Source of the DNA: Mycobacterium tuberculosis H37Rv
Lineage (GTDB): Bacteria > Actinomycetota > Actinomycetes > Mycobacteriales > Mycobacteriaceae
DNA length: 32,000 nucleotides
Direction of reading: 5' to 3'
NCBI RefSeq assembly: GCF_000195955.2
Contig: NC_000962.3
Span: forward strand, 1,140,001-1,172,000
Below are positions 13,728-23,376 of this stretch, piece after piece; positions within the stretch are counted from its first letter, which is position 1; each line of letters opens with the position of its first letter. Made by a program: the position numbers and the translations under genes. The notes under the pieces were generated by a model. That model did not search any database. It saw nothing but the letters and a program-made list of their open reading frames with translations, and was not told the DNA's origin.

Positions 13728-15853
13728 TGATCGCACGCATGGAGACCTCCGCAACCGCCGCGGCAGCGACGTCGGCACCCCGGCTCCGGCTGGCCAAGCG
13801 CTCGCTGTTCGATCCGATGATTGTGCGCTCGGCGCTGCCCCAGAGCCTGCGCAAGCTGGCTCCGCGGGTACAGGCCCGTAACCCGGTCATGTTGGTCGTG
13901 CTGGTCGGTGCCGTGATCACCACACTGGCGTTCCTGCGCGACCTCGCATCCTCGACAGCCCAAGAGAACGTCTTCAACGGTCTGGTCGCCGCGTTCCTCT
14001 GGTTCACCGTCCTGTTTGCCAACTTTGCCGAGGCCATGGCCGAAGGACGCGGCAAGGCTCAGGCGGCGGCGCTGCGCAAAGTCCGGTCCGAAACGATGGC
14101 CAACCGGCGCACGGCTGCGGGCAACATCGAATCGGTCCCTTCGTCGCGGCTGGACCTCGACGACGTGGTGGAGGTTTCGGCTGGCGAAACGATCCCGTCG
14201 GACGGCGAGATCATCGAAGGCATTGCCTCCGTCGACGAGTCTGCGATCACCGGCGAATCGGCACCGGTGATCCGCGAGTCGGGCGGCGACCGTTCCGCGG
14301 TGACGGGTGGCACCGTGGTGCTGTCGGATCGGATCGTCGTGCGGATCACCGCCAAGCAGGGACAAACATTCATCGACCGGATGATCGCGCTGGTGGAGGG
14401 CGCCGCACGGCAGCAGACACCGAACGAGATCGCGCTGAACATCCTGCTGGCTGGGCTGACGATCATCTTTTTGCTCGCGGTGGTGACGCTGCAGCCGTTC
14501 GCCATCTATTCCGGCGGGGGACAGCGGGTGGTCGTGCTGGTGGCGTTGCTGGTGTGTCTCATTCCGACCACGATCGGTGCGCTGCTGTCCGCGATCGGCA
14601 TCGCGGGGATGGACCGGCTGGTGCAACACAACGTGCTCGCCACATCTGGGCGGGCGGTGGAGGCGGCCGGCGACGTGAACACGCTGCTGCTGGACAAGAC
14701 CGGCACCATCACCCTCGGTAACCGGCAGGCCACCGAGTTCGTGCCGATCAACGGTGTGAGTGCCGAGGCGGTCGCCGACGCCGCCCAGCTGTCGAGCTTG
14801 GCCGACGAAACTCCGGAGGGCCGCTCGATCGTCGTGCTGGCGAAGGACGAGTTCGGGCTGCGCGCCCGCGACGAGGGCGTGATGTCACACGCCAGGTTCG
14901 TGCCGTTCACCGCCGAAACCCGGATGTCCGGGGTCGATCTCGCCGAGGTTAGCGGCATCCGTCGGATCCGCAAGGGTGCCGCGGCTGCGGTGATGAAGTG
15001 GGTTCGCGATCACGGTGGCCACCCCACCGAGGAGGTGGGTGCCATTGTCGACGGCATCAGCTCCGGCGGGGGGACACCCCTAGTCGTTGCGGAATGGACC
15101 GATAACAGCAGCGCGCGGGCCATCGGCGTCGTCCATCTGAAGGACATCGTCAAGGTGGGCATACGGGAACGCTTCGACGAAATGCGCCGAATGAGCATCC
15201 GCACCGTGATGATCACCGGTGACAACCCGGCGACCGCCAAGGCGATTGCACAGGAGGCCGGCGTCGACGATTTCTTGGCCGAGGCCACGCCCGAGGACAA
15301 GCTTGCGCTCATCAAGCGCGAACAGCAGGGCGGTCGGCTGGTCGCCATGACGGGTGACGGGACCAATGACGCACCCGCGCTCGCGCAAGCCGATGTCGGG
15401 GTGGCGATGAATACCGGCACCCAGGCGGCCCGGGAAGCCGGCAACATGGTCGATCTCGACTCCGACCCCACCAAGCTCATCGAGGTCGTGGAGATCGGCA
15501 AGCAGCTGCTGATCACGCGGGGCGCGCTGACGACGTTTTCGATCGCCAACGACGTCGCGAAGTACTTCGCCATCATCCCTGCCATGTTCGTCGGCCTGTA
15601 TCCGGTGCTCGACAAGCTGAACGTCATGGCGCTGCACTCACCAAGGTCGGCGATTCTGTCGGCGGTCATCTTCAATGCGCTGGTGATCGTCGCCTTGATC
15701 CCATTGGCGTTGCGGGGCGTGCGGTTTAGGGCGGAAAGCGCGTCGGCGATGCTGCGGCGCAACCTGCTGATCTATGGGCTGGGCGGTCTCGTCGTCCCGT
15801 TTATCGGCATTAAACTGGTCGATCTCGTCATCGTCGCCCTCGGGGTGTCCTGA
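13724..15853 (+). CDS. kdpB: K+-transporting P-type ATPase catalytic subunit KdpB
   Basis: P-type ATPase motifs are present: the phosphorylation site [17 protein letters not shown] (ITGESAPV), [10 protein letters not shown] and [13 protein letters not shown]. Length is 709 aa. Confidence 0.97.
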
Positions 15854-16422
15854 TGCGTCGTCAATTACTGCCCGCGCTCACCATGCTGTTGGTGTTCACC
15901 GTCATCACCGGCATCGTCTACCCGCTTGCCGTGACCGGCGTCGGGCAACTGTTCTTCGGTGACCAGGCGAACGGCGCGCTGCTCGAGCGGGACGGGCAGG
16001 TCATCGGCTCCGCCCACATCGGCCAGCAGTTCACCGCCGCGAAGTACTTCCACCCGCGCCCCTCGTCGGCAGGCGACGGTTACGACGCTGCGGCGAGCTC
16101 GGGCTCCAACCTGGGACCGACGAACGAGAAGCTGCTGGCGGCCGTCGCTGAACGGGTCACCGCCTACCGCAAGGAAAACAATCTGCCGGCCGATACGCTG
16201 GTTCCGGTCGACGCGGTTACCGGCTCGGGTTCCGGGCTGGACCCGGCCATATCGGTGGTCAATGCCAAGCTGCAGGCACCGCGGGTGGCGCAGGCGCGCA
16301 ATATCTCGATAAGGCAGGTCGAGCGTCTGATCGAGGACCACACCGACGCGCGTGGTCTCGGCTTCCTGGGCGAGCGCGCGGTGAACGTGCTCAGGCTGAA
16401 CCTCGCATTGGATCGCCTCTGA
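15853..16422 (+). CDS. kdpC: K+-transporting ATPase subunit KdpC
   Basis: The ATG overlaps the kdpB stop (TGATG). It has an N-terminal TM helix and the motif [10 protein letters not shown], typical of KdpC. Length is 189 aa. Confidence 0.93.
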
Positions 16423-16425
16423 CTC

Positions 16426-17955
16426 TCAGGCGGTAGTGGCGATCTGCTGCTCGATCATCGGGAGCCGCACCCGAAACACCGTCTGGCCGTTGCCCGACTC
16501 GGCCGTGACCGAGCCGCGATGCGCCTTGACGATCGAGCTGACGATGGCCAGGCCCAAGCCGTGGCCGGACCCATTGGACCGAGACTTGCTGGCCCGCACG
16601 AACCGGTCGAAGAGGTGGGGCAGGATCTCCGGGTCGATGTCGGGGCCGTCGTCGGTCACCGACAATTCAACACACGGCGCGTTGGGACCAGTGCGGTGGC
16701 AGGTGATCCCGATGGTCACTGTGACGCCGGGCTGGGTATGCACCCAGGCATTGGTGAGTAGATTGCTGACGAGTTGATGCAAGCGGGCATGATCCCCGTT
16801 GACCCAGACCGGCTCGTCGGGCAGATTCTTCACCCAACGGTGGGTGGGCGCCGCAACCGCCGCGTCATTCACCGCGTTGATGACCAGGTCGGTCAGGTCG
16901 AGGTCCTCGGTTTCTAGATCTTCGCCCTCGCTGAGACGGGAGAGCAGCAGCAGCTCGTCGACCAGCAGCGTCATCCGCCGCGCCTCGGATTCGATGCGGG
17001 CCAGCGCGTATTCGGTGGTGGGCGGTAGGTCCGAGCTATCCTGACGTGTCAGTTCGGCATAGCCCTGGATCGCCGCCAGGGGAGTACGCAGCTCGTGGCT
17101 GGCGTCGGTGATGAACTGCCGCATCCGCAGATCGGAATCGACGCGATGCGCCAGCGCACCATCGACGTTGTCCAACAAGCGATTCAGCGTGTGCCCGACG
17201 ATTCCGACCTCGTTATCCGGGTCGGTATCCCCCGGACGGACTCGCACGCTGATCTGGTGGTCGTCATCGGTAAGTGGCATGGTGGCGACCTCGGCGGCGG
17301 TCGCGGCGACCCGGCGCAGCGGGCGTAGCGCATATCCCACCACCCACACCGTCAGTGCTGCGGTAACCACCAGTGCGGCCCCAACAAGCGCGACGGTGGT
17401 GACTTTCTTGCGGGCGATGATCTGGTTGGCCAGGCTTAGCGATACGCCGACGAACAGTCGATCGGCGCCAGCGGCGCTGCTGTCAACCTGGTAGGCGCCC
17501 AGGCTGCCCAGGCTTTCGACACGCGGCGGGCCGCCGTCCCACACTTGCGCTTCGATCGCGCGGATGACGTCGGGCGGAGCGGGTCGTGCTCCGTCTTCGG
17601 AGAAAACGGCCGATCCGATCACCACGCCGTCGTGCAGCACGGCAATGAGGTTTCCGGGCGTCTGGCCGGTGAACTCCAGCACCGCTTGTGACATCGGGAG
17701 GTTGCCGGTGGGCGTGGATGTTTGCGCACTGTCGCGGTATCTGGTGTAAGAGTGGTTCAACGCGTGCAGGGATTCGACTAGCTCGGCGTCGTTCATCGCG
17801 GTGACATAGCCGCTTAGGCTCAGCACGGAGACGACACCGACGGCCACCAGCACAACGGTAACGACCGCCAACACGCCGAGCAGCAATTGCTGGCGTAACG
17901 AGCGGGGTCGCCAGCAGGGGGCTTTTCTGGACCGAGTGTTTCGGTCCGGGATCAT
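16426..17955 (-). CDS. trcS: Two-component sensor histidine kinase TrcS
   Basis: It has two TM helices, a HAMP-like region, the H-box FITDASHELRTPLAAI, the N-box LLTNAWVH and the G-box GHGLGLAIVSSIV. The ATG at 17955 gives 509 aa; the ORF track extends to 17991. Confidence 0.92.
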   Translation of the reverse strand: MIPDRNTRSRKAPCWRPRSLRQQLLLGVLAVVTVVLVAVGVVSVLSLSGYVTAMNDAELVESLHALNHSYTRYRDSAQTSTPTGNLPMSQAVLEFTGQTPGNLIAVLHDGVVIGSAVFSEDGARPAPPDVIRAIEAQVWDGGPPRVESLGSLGAYQVDSSAAGADRLFVGVSLSLANQIIARKKVTTVALVGAALVVTAALTVWVVGYALRPLRRVAATAAEVATMPLTDDDHQISVRVRPGDTDPDNEVGIVGHTLNRLLDNVDGALAHRVDSDLRMRQFITDASHELRTPLAAIQGYAELTRQDSSDLPPTTEYALARIESEARRMTLLVDELLLLSRLSEGEDLETEDLDLTDLVINAVNDAAVAAPTHRWVKNLPDEPVWVNGDHARLHQLVSNLLTNAWVHTQPGVTVTIGITCHRTGPNAPCVELSVTDDGPDIDPEILPHLFDRFVRASKSRSNGSGHGLGLAIVSSIVKAHRGSVTAESGNGQTVFRVRLPMIEQQIATTA

Positions 17956-17962
17956 GCCAGGC

Positions 17963-18736
17963 TCATTCCGGCGGACGCAGCATGTATCCAATGCCGCGGA
18001 CCGTATGGATCATTGGCTCCCGGTCGGAGTCGATCTTCTTCCTCAGATAGGAGATATACAGGTCGACAATGCTGGTGCGGCCTGCGAAGTCGTAGTTCCA
18101 AACCCGATCCAGGATCTCGGTACGGCTCAGTGCTCGTCGGGGATTGCGCATCAGGAATCGAAGCAGTTCGAACTCGGTCGAGGAGAGCGAGATCGGCGTA
18201 CCGTCGCGGGTTACCTCCCGGCTGGCCCCGTCGAGCGTAAGGTCTCCGACCCGGAGTGCCTCATCGGCGGGCCTTTCCAGATGGCTGGAGCGGCGCAGCA
18301 ACCCGCGCAACCGGGCGACCAGCTCCTCGAGGCTGAACGGCTTTGTCATGTAGTCGTCGGCGCCCGAGGTCAGACCGGTGACCCGGTCCATCACGGAATC
18401 GCGCGCGGTGAGGAACAGCGTGGGTGTGTAGACGTCGGATTCTCGGACCCGTCGCAGGATTTCCAACCCGTCCACATCGGGAAGCATGATGTCGAGGACC
18501 AGCACATCGGGGCCGACCTTGTCGAACTTGGCTATGGCCTCTTGCCCGTCGTGGGCGACTTCGACATCCCAGCCTTCGTAGTGCAGCGCCATCTTGACCA
18601 GATTGGTCAGCGCTGGTTCGTCATCGACCAACAACACCCGGATCGGTGATCCATCCGCGCGATGAATCCGTGGCAGCTGCCCCAGGATGGCTTGCCGCGG
18701 ACGTTGACTGCGCGTGTACCCCGACATCGTCGTCAT
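17963..18736 (-). CDS. trcR: OmpR-family response regulator TrcR
   Basis: The receiver domain reads VLLVDDEPALT...VLVLDIMLPDVDG. The wHTH region reads IVDLYISYLRKKID...TVRGIGYMLR. The ATG at 18736 gives 257 aa; the ORF track extends to 18793. Confidence 0.92.
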   Translation of the reverse strand: MTTMSGYTRSQRPRQAILGQLPRIHRADGSPIRVLLVDDEPALTNLVKMALHYEGWDVEVAHDGQEAIAKFDKVGPDVLVLDIMLPDVDGLEILRRVRESDVYTPTLFLTARDSVMDRVTGLTSGADDYMTKPFSLEELVARLRGLLRRSSHLERPADEALRVGDLTLDGASREVTRDGTPISLSSTEFELLRFLMRNPRRALSRTEILDRVWNYDFAGRTSIVDLYISYLRKKIDSDREPMIHTVRGIGYMLRPPE

Positions 18737-18816
18737 GCTCCCGTATCCTCTCAAGTCCTGTGCAAGCGCACATGCAGTTGTCACGGGATTCATAAATTTT
18801 TCAAATGTCGCTTATG
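18737..18816 (-). promoter_or_regulatory. trcR upstream region with an AT-rich tract (reported TrcR autoregulatory target)
   Basis: The tract TTCATAAATTTTTCAAATGTCGCTTATGTAG (about 18789-18819) is strikingly AT-rich against ~65% GC surroundings. From memory, published work places TrcR binding in an AT-rich part of its own promoter. Confidence 0.5.
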
Positions 18817-18917
18817 TAGTTACTTCGGCCTGAAAAGGTGACCGGGCGGGATGTCGGGCTTCGGCGGTGAGAAAGCGGATCTCGGTTTCCGGGTATACGG
18901 AGCCCCCGGTGGACCGG

Positions 18918-19487
18918 TTATGCGGGGAGGGCGCTGATCGTGACCAGGTTGTGGGCGAACACGCCGTGTCCGACCCAGGTCCGGGTGCCTTCGAGACCGC
19001 CGATCCGGCCGCGGTCCCAGCCGTAGCCGCGTTTGAGGTGGCTGATCCGGCCTTCGCATCCGGTCCGCCATTTGATGGTGCGGCGGAACGCTTTTCGGTG
19101 TTCTTCGGCGCGTCGATCCTGCGAAGGTTTGCCTTTGCGCGGGATCAGCACATTCTTGACGCCCACCTCGGTGAGCTGCTGGTCGACGGCGGCTTCGCCA
19201 TAGCCGCGGTCGGCGGTGACGGTGCGCGGCGTGCGTCCGGCGCGCTTTTTCACCCACGCCACCGCTGGCGCCAGCTGCGGCGCATCGGGTGGGTTGCCCT
19301 GCTGCACAGTGTGATCCAGCACAATCCCGTCATCGTTGTCGACGACCTGGGCCTTGTGCTCAAACTCGACCGGCTTACCGAGCCGACCCTTGGTGATCGG
19401 GGCGGGCATCACCGTCGTGCAGGCTGACCCGTCGACTCGCCCCGTCCGAAGTGATGCCCGCGACCCGCTGGCGGGTCTGCGCCACAA
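18918..19487 (-). CDS. Transposase fragment, C-terminal DDE part (Rv1034c-like)
   Basis: The sequence ...PITKGRLGKPVEFEHKAQVVDNDDGIV...VTADRGYGEA...RTGCEGRISHLKRGYGWDR is typical of an IS4/IS5 DDE_Tnp_1 C-terminus. Homology starts inside the ORF, and the annotated version (129 aa) starts at 19307. Confidence 0.8.
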   Translation of the reverse strand: MWRRPASGSRASLRTGRVDGSACTTVMPAPITKGRLGKPVEFEHKAQVVDNDDGIVLDHTVQQGNPPDAPQLAPAVAWVKKRAGRTPRTVTADRGYGEAAVDQQLTEVGVKNVLIPRKGKPSQDRRAEEHRKAFRRTIKWRTGCEGRISHLKRGYGWDRGRIGGLEGTRTWVGHGVFAHNLVTISALPA

Positions 19488-20061
19488 TCTGACGCGTCGC
19501 GTTGAGCAGCTCGGTTAGGTCGTTGACCGCGCGCACCAGCCCACCACAGCGGCGACCCGCGACCGCATCACGCTCACCGCGGGCGGCCAGCGCGGCGGCC
19601 TTGGCCTTGGCCCGGAGCACCGCCTGCTTGGCGTTGTCCAGCAGCTGCTGGGCCTCCTGAGCAGCGGCTTGGGCCAGCTCGGCCAGCTCGCCGGTGAACC
19701 TCAGTACCGCGGCCCGCGCTTCGTCACGCCCCAGCTCCGCACGCGAGCGCAGTTTCGCTGCGACCGCGTGCGCGCGCCGACCGGCCGCGCGGGAGCGGTC
19801 GCCAACCCGGGTGCGCACCGCGCCGCCAGCGGCCTGAATCCGTTTGCCGGTTGCGGCGATCCGGCGCATTGCCTTGGCCAACAGACCCAAGTCGGTCGGA
19901 TAAGACACGTTCGCCCGCGCCACCGTGGTATCGGCCCGGATCCGATTGGTGCCCAGCAGCTTGGCCTCGGCCGCCTTGGCCAACAATGCCTCGTTGAGCC
20001 CGTCGATCGCCGCCGATCCGCAACGCGTGGTGAGCTTCATCAATGTGGTCGGATGCGGCAC
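19375..20061 (-). CDS. Transposase fragment, central part (Rv1035c-like)
   Basis: It continues the Rv1036c-like frame after the in-frame TGA at 20095-20097. Its tail ...SLHDGDARP changes frame into ...PITKGRLGKPVEF of the next fragment. Confidence 0.8.
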   Translation of the reverse strand: MPHPTTLMKLTTRCGSAAIDGLNEALLAKAAEAKLLGTNRIRADTTVARANVSYPTDLGLLAKAMRRIAATGKRIQAAGGAVRTRVGDRSRAAGRRAHAVAAKLRSRAELGRDEARAAVLRFTGELAELAQAAAQEAQQLLDNAKQAVLRAKAKAAALAARGERDAVAGRRCGGLVRAVNDLTELLNATRQIVAQTRQRVAGITSDGASRRVSLHDGDARPDHQGSAR

Positions 20062-20094
20062 CGACCCGTCCAGCGCAATGCGGCAAAACCGCCG

Positions 20095-20433
20095 TCAGGT
20101 GATCGAATCAGCCACCTCCCGGCACAGCGACTCATAGCCCAGCCGGTAGCGGAACTTCACAAACATCAACTGCAGATAGACCTCCATCGGCGTCGACGGC
20201 CGGCCCCTGCGCGGGTCGAAGAACGGCACGAACGGGGCGAAGAACGCCGGATCGTCCAACAATGCGTCCACCCGGGCCAGTTCCTCGGGCAGTCGGCGCA
20301 CCTCGTCGGGCAGCAGCGACTCCCACAACCAGCACTGATCGCCTAAAGTACGAAACACGATGGCCTCAATCCCTTCCGCAACAAGGGCATTGAGGCCATC
20401 TTCCCAGTTCAGCACCATCCGACCGGGGATCAA
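20095..20433 (-). CDS. Transposase fragment, N-terminal part (Rv1036c-like)
   Basis: The sequence PMEVYLQLMFVKFRYRLGYESLCREVADSIT is an IS5/IS1182-type transposase N-terminal domain. It ends at a TGA where Trp would be expected (SIT*RRFCRIALDGSVPHPTT continues in the same frame). Confidence 0.8.
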   Translation of the reverse strand: MIPGRMVLNWEDGLNALVAEGIEAIVFRTLGDQCWLWESLLPDEVRRLPEELARVDALLDDPAFFAPFVPFFDPRRGRPSTPMEVYLQLMFVKFRYRLGYESLCREVADSIT

Positions 20434-20475
20434 CGCGCCGACTTTAGCAGGTCGAAGTAGTTAGTCGTTCAGATA

Positions 20476-20515
20476 ACAACGTGGCCACACACCAACCGGT
20501 GTGCGGCCACGTTGT
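20476..20515 (-). terminator. Stem-loop downstream of esxI (candidate intrinsic terminator)
   Basis: ACAACGTGGCCACACACC / AACC / GGTGTGCGGCCACGTTGT. In the minus-strand RNA the 18-bp stem is fully paired, with one G-U pair. It lies 29 nt after the esxI stop and is followed by a short U-containing tail (UUAUCU). Confidence 0.55.
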
Positions 20516-20543
20516 AATTGACGGCGCGGGCCTTAAGCCAGCT

Positions 20544-20828
20544 TTAGGCCCAGCTGGAGCCGACGGCGCTGTCGGTTTGTGCCATGTTGTTGCCGGCAGC
20601 CTGCACCTTCTGCCCGTGGGCGTTGGCCTGCTCGTAGATCACCTGGAAGTTACGGCCCAGCTGGGTAATGAACCCCTGGCAGGCCGCCGAACCGGCGCCG
20701 CCCCAAAAGTCACTCGCGGTCAACACATCAGAAATGATGGCCTGATGCTCGGCCTCCAGCGACCCGGCCTGAGCGCGGATCATGGCGCCGTGAGCGTCGA
20801 CGTCCCCGAATTGATAGTTGATGGTCAT
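20544..20828 (-). CDS. esxI: ESAT-6-like WXG100 protein EsxI (Mtb9.9 subfamily)
   Basis: The 94-aa product starts MTINYQFGDVDAHGAMIRAQAGSLEAEH and carries the W-x-G motif (FWGGAG). An AGGAGGA SD precedes it in the 26-nt gap after esxJ. Confidence 0.95.
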   Translation of the reverse strand: MTINYQFGDVDAHGAMIRAQAGSLEAEHQAIISDVLTASDFWGGAGSAACQGFITQLGRNFQVIYEQANAHGQKVQAAGNNMAQTDSAVGSSWA

Positions 20829-20854
20829 GTGTCCTCCTGAGTCGTCGGGCCGGG

Positions 20855-21193
<339 letters not shown>

Positions 21194-21296
21194 CTAGCGG
21201 CTGTGATCGGCGCGGTGGTGGCCGCGTGGCGGACAGGTTATGACTCAACGGTTAATTGCTGGCCTCAAACGAGTGAGATGTCCCCCTTTGTCCGCA

Positions 21297-22472
21297 TCAC
21301 ACGACGACCTGTTTGGGCATGACAGTGGGCTTGAATCCGTACCGCGGCCCGGCATAGGCACCGGTGCCCTTGGCGGCCGAGGCCATTCCCGGCATCATCC
21401 CGGTAACTGGGCCGGCTTCTTCGGCGGCGACGGTCCAGCCGCTGCCTTCGAGCGCTGTGGCGCCGGCGGTTGTCGCCGGTGCGGCCGTAGACCAGGCCGC
21501 CGGCACTGACAGCCGGCCGACCAGGGTGGCCTCGCCTAAACTTGCGCCGAGCCCCGCTGGCGTCACCGAGTCCGCCAACCCCGCGGCGGCCGCACTGGCG
21601 GCACCCTCGGCAGCCTCGATGGCGCCTTCGGCGATCGCTACCGGCGCCCCACTGTTCAGGGCATTTGCTAGGAATATCGCGGTGGGGATGGCGGCGTTGA
21701 CATACCAAGCGGCGGTGTTGACTGCGCTGTTGATGATGTTTGCCACGAACGGGGTCGCGAGCAGGGCGTCGATGTCGGCAATGATTCCGCTCAGCCCCGT
21801 CGAGTCGAGAACCGATGTGACTGGGGAGGCGAGCCCACTCACCGCGTTGGGCAGGCTACTGATCAGGTCCGCTACGCTCACCTGGTTGACGGCGGCGGTG
21901 GCGGCAGCCGAGCCGACCGCGGCGGACTGGGCGGCCAGCCCGCCCGGGTTGGTGGTCTGCGACGGCGGGCTTAACGGTTGCAGCATCCCGGCGGCTCCCG
22001 AAGCGGCCGCGTAGCCGTACATAGCCAGAGCGTCCTGAGCCCACATCTCGGCATAGAGGGCTTCGGTCGCCATGATTGCCGGTGTGTTGATCCCCAGGAC
22101 GTTCGTCGCGACCAGGGCCGCCAGCAGCGCCCGGTTGGCCGCGACCACCTCCGGCGGCACTGTCATCGCATAGGCCGCCTCGTAGGCGGCCGCCGACGCC
22201 ATGGCCTGCGAGCCGGCATGCGCAGCGGCTTCGGCGGTGTAGGTCAACCAAGCCAGATAGGGCTGGGCTGCGGCGACCATCGCCATCGAGGCCGGACCCA
22301 TCCACGACTCGGTGGTCAGCCGGGTGATCACCGACTCATACGACGCGGCCGTCGTACCCAACTCGGCGGCCAGGCCGTTCCATGCGGCCCCGGCGGCCAT
22401 CATCGGTCCTGCACCCGCGCCGGCGTACATGCGTGCGGAGTTGATCTCAGGGGGTAAAGCTCCGAAATCCAT
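21297..22472 (-). CDS. PPE15: PPE family protein PPE15 (SVP subfamily)
   Basis: ATG at 22472. The start is [20 protein letters not shown]. It has the conserved ~180-aa PPE domain, an Ala-rich C-terminal half and LSVPAAW. The longer track ORF (to 22931) is an out-of-gene extension. Confidence 0.93.
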   Translation of the reverse strand: MDFGALPPEINSARMYAGAGAGPMMAAGAAWNGLAAELGTTAASYESVITRLTTESWMGPASMAMVAAAQPYLAWLTYTAEAAAHAGSQAMASAAAYEAAYAMTVPPEVVAANRALLAALVATNVLGINTPAIMATEALYAEMWAQDALAMYGYAAASGAAGMLQPLSPPSQTTNPGGLAAQSAAVGSAAATAAVNQVSVADLISSLPNAVSGLASPVTSVLDSTGLSGIIADIDALLATPFVANIINSAVNTAAWYVNAAIPTAIFLANALNSGAPVAIAEGAIEAAEGAASAAAAGLADSVTPAGLGASLGEATLVGRLSVPAAWSTAAPATTAGATALEGSGWTVAAEEAGPVTGMMPGMASAAKGTGAYAGPRYGFKPTVMPKQVVV

Positions 22473-22548
22473 GGGGTATTCCGTTTCCGTGGAGTTATTT
22501 GGCTGAATTTCGTTGTTGGTTGAGCGTGGCCGCCCGTACGTCTGCCGC

Positions 22549-23376
22549 CTAGACGGTTGCTGGCTTGGGCATGACGATGGGTTTGACGCCGTAGCGCGGT
22601 GCACCGAAGCCGGCGCTGTTGCGTGCGGCCGAGGCCACCCCTGGCATCCCGGGGATGAACGTCCCCGCGGCGGCCTGCGGCGCGGCGGCGGTCCAGCCCG
22701 CGCCCGGCAGTGTGCTGGTGGTGGATACCAGGGTCGCCTGTCCGGCCCAGGCGGGCGGCACCGACAACATGCCGATCGCGGATGCGCTGCCCAGGCCGGC
22801 CGCAATTCCGGCCTCGCCGAGGGCGGCTTCGGCCGCGCCCAATGCACCCAATTCGCCCAAGGCGGCTTCCCCACCGAGAGCCGAGGCGGCCTCGGCCGCC
22901 TCCTCTGCAGGCAGGAGGCCGCCGCCGGCAAGGCCGATCAGCGTAGACGTGGCGGAGGCCCAGTTCCCGGCCCCGATGTTGAGGATGTTGCCAATGCCAC
23001 CCGAGAGTTCGGGCGGGAACAACCCCGTCGTCGCTTGGATGATGGCCGACGCTTCCCCTGTGATCCCCGAGAGTGGCGAGGCGGCAGCCGATGAGTTGAG
23101 CGACTCGGTGACGCCGTAGGTACCGGCGCTGATTCCCAGAGTGTTGACAAACATGTCATGCATAGCCTGAGCTTCGGCGCTGACCTGCTGGTAGAAGGTG
23201 CCGTACGCAGTGAAGAGCGCCGCCTGCAGCGCCGAAACCTCATCGAGGGCCGCCGGAGCGATGGCTGTGGTGGGCGCCGCGGCGGCAGCGTTTTGGGCTG
23301 CCATCGCAGCACCGATGGTCCCGAGTTGCGCGGCCGCAGCCGTCAACTCTTCAGGCACTGTCTTGAGGAATGACAT
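22549..23376 (-). CDS. PE8: PE family protein PE8
   Basis: The PE domain starts [52 protein letters not shown]. The 275-aa protein has a C-terminal extension that ends like PPE15. Confidence 0.92.
   Translation of the reverse strand: MSFLKTVPEELTAAAAQLGTIGAAMAAQNAAAAAPTTAIAPAALDEVSALQAALFTAYGTFYQQVSAEAQAMHDMFVNTLGISAGTYGVTESLNSSAAASPLSGITGEASAIIQATTGLFPPELSGGIGNILNIGAGNWASATSTLIGLAGGGLLPAEEAAEAASALGGEAALGELGALGAAEAALGEAGIAAGLGSASAIGMLSVPPAWAGQATLVSTTSTLPGAGWTAAAPQAAAGTFIPGMPGVASAARNSAGFGAPRYGVKPIVMPKPATV

Larger units (their letters stand above)
18817..20463 (-). mobile_element. Decayed IS5-family element (IS1560-like), about 1.65 kb
   Basis: Imperfect terminal inverted repeats are TAGTTACTTCGGCCTGAAAAGGT (18817-18839) and the reverse complement of ACTTTAGCAGGTCGAAGTAGTTA (20441-20463), with 17 of 23 identical. 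One transposase reading frame is split into three ORFs by an in-frame TGA and a frameshift. Confidence 0.75.

Noticed and set aside
16420-16428. kdpC and trcS converge with only 3 bp between their stop codons (TGACTCTCA), and no terminator hairpin is visible.
   Set aside because: The arrangement is real but unremarkable for mycobacteria. The short palindrome is simply two facing stop codons, and there is nothing further to test from sequence alone.
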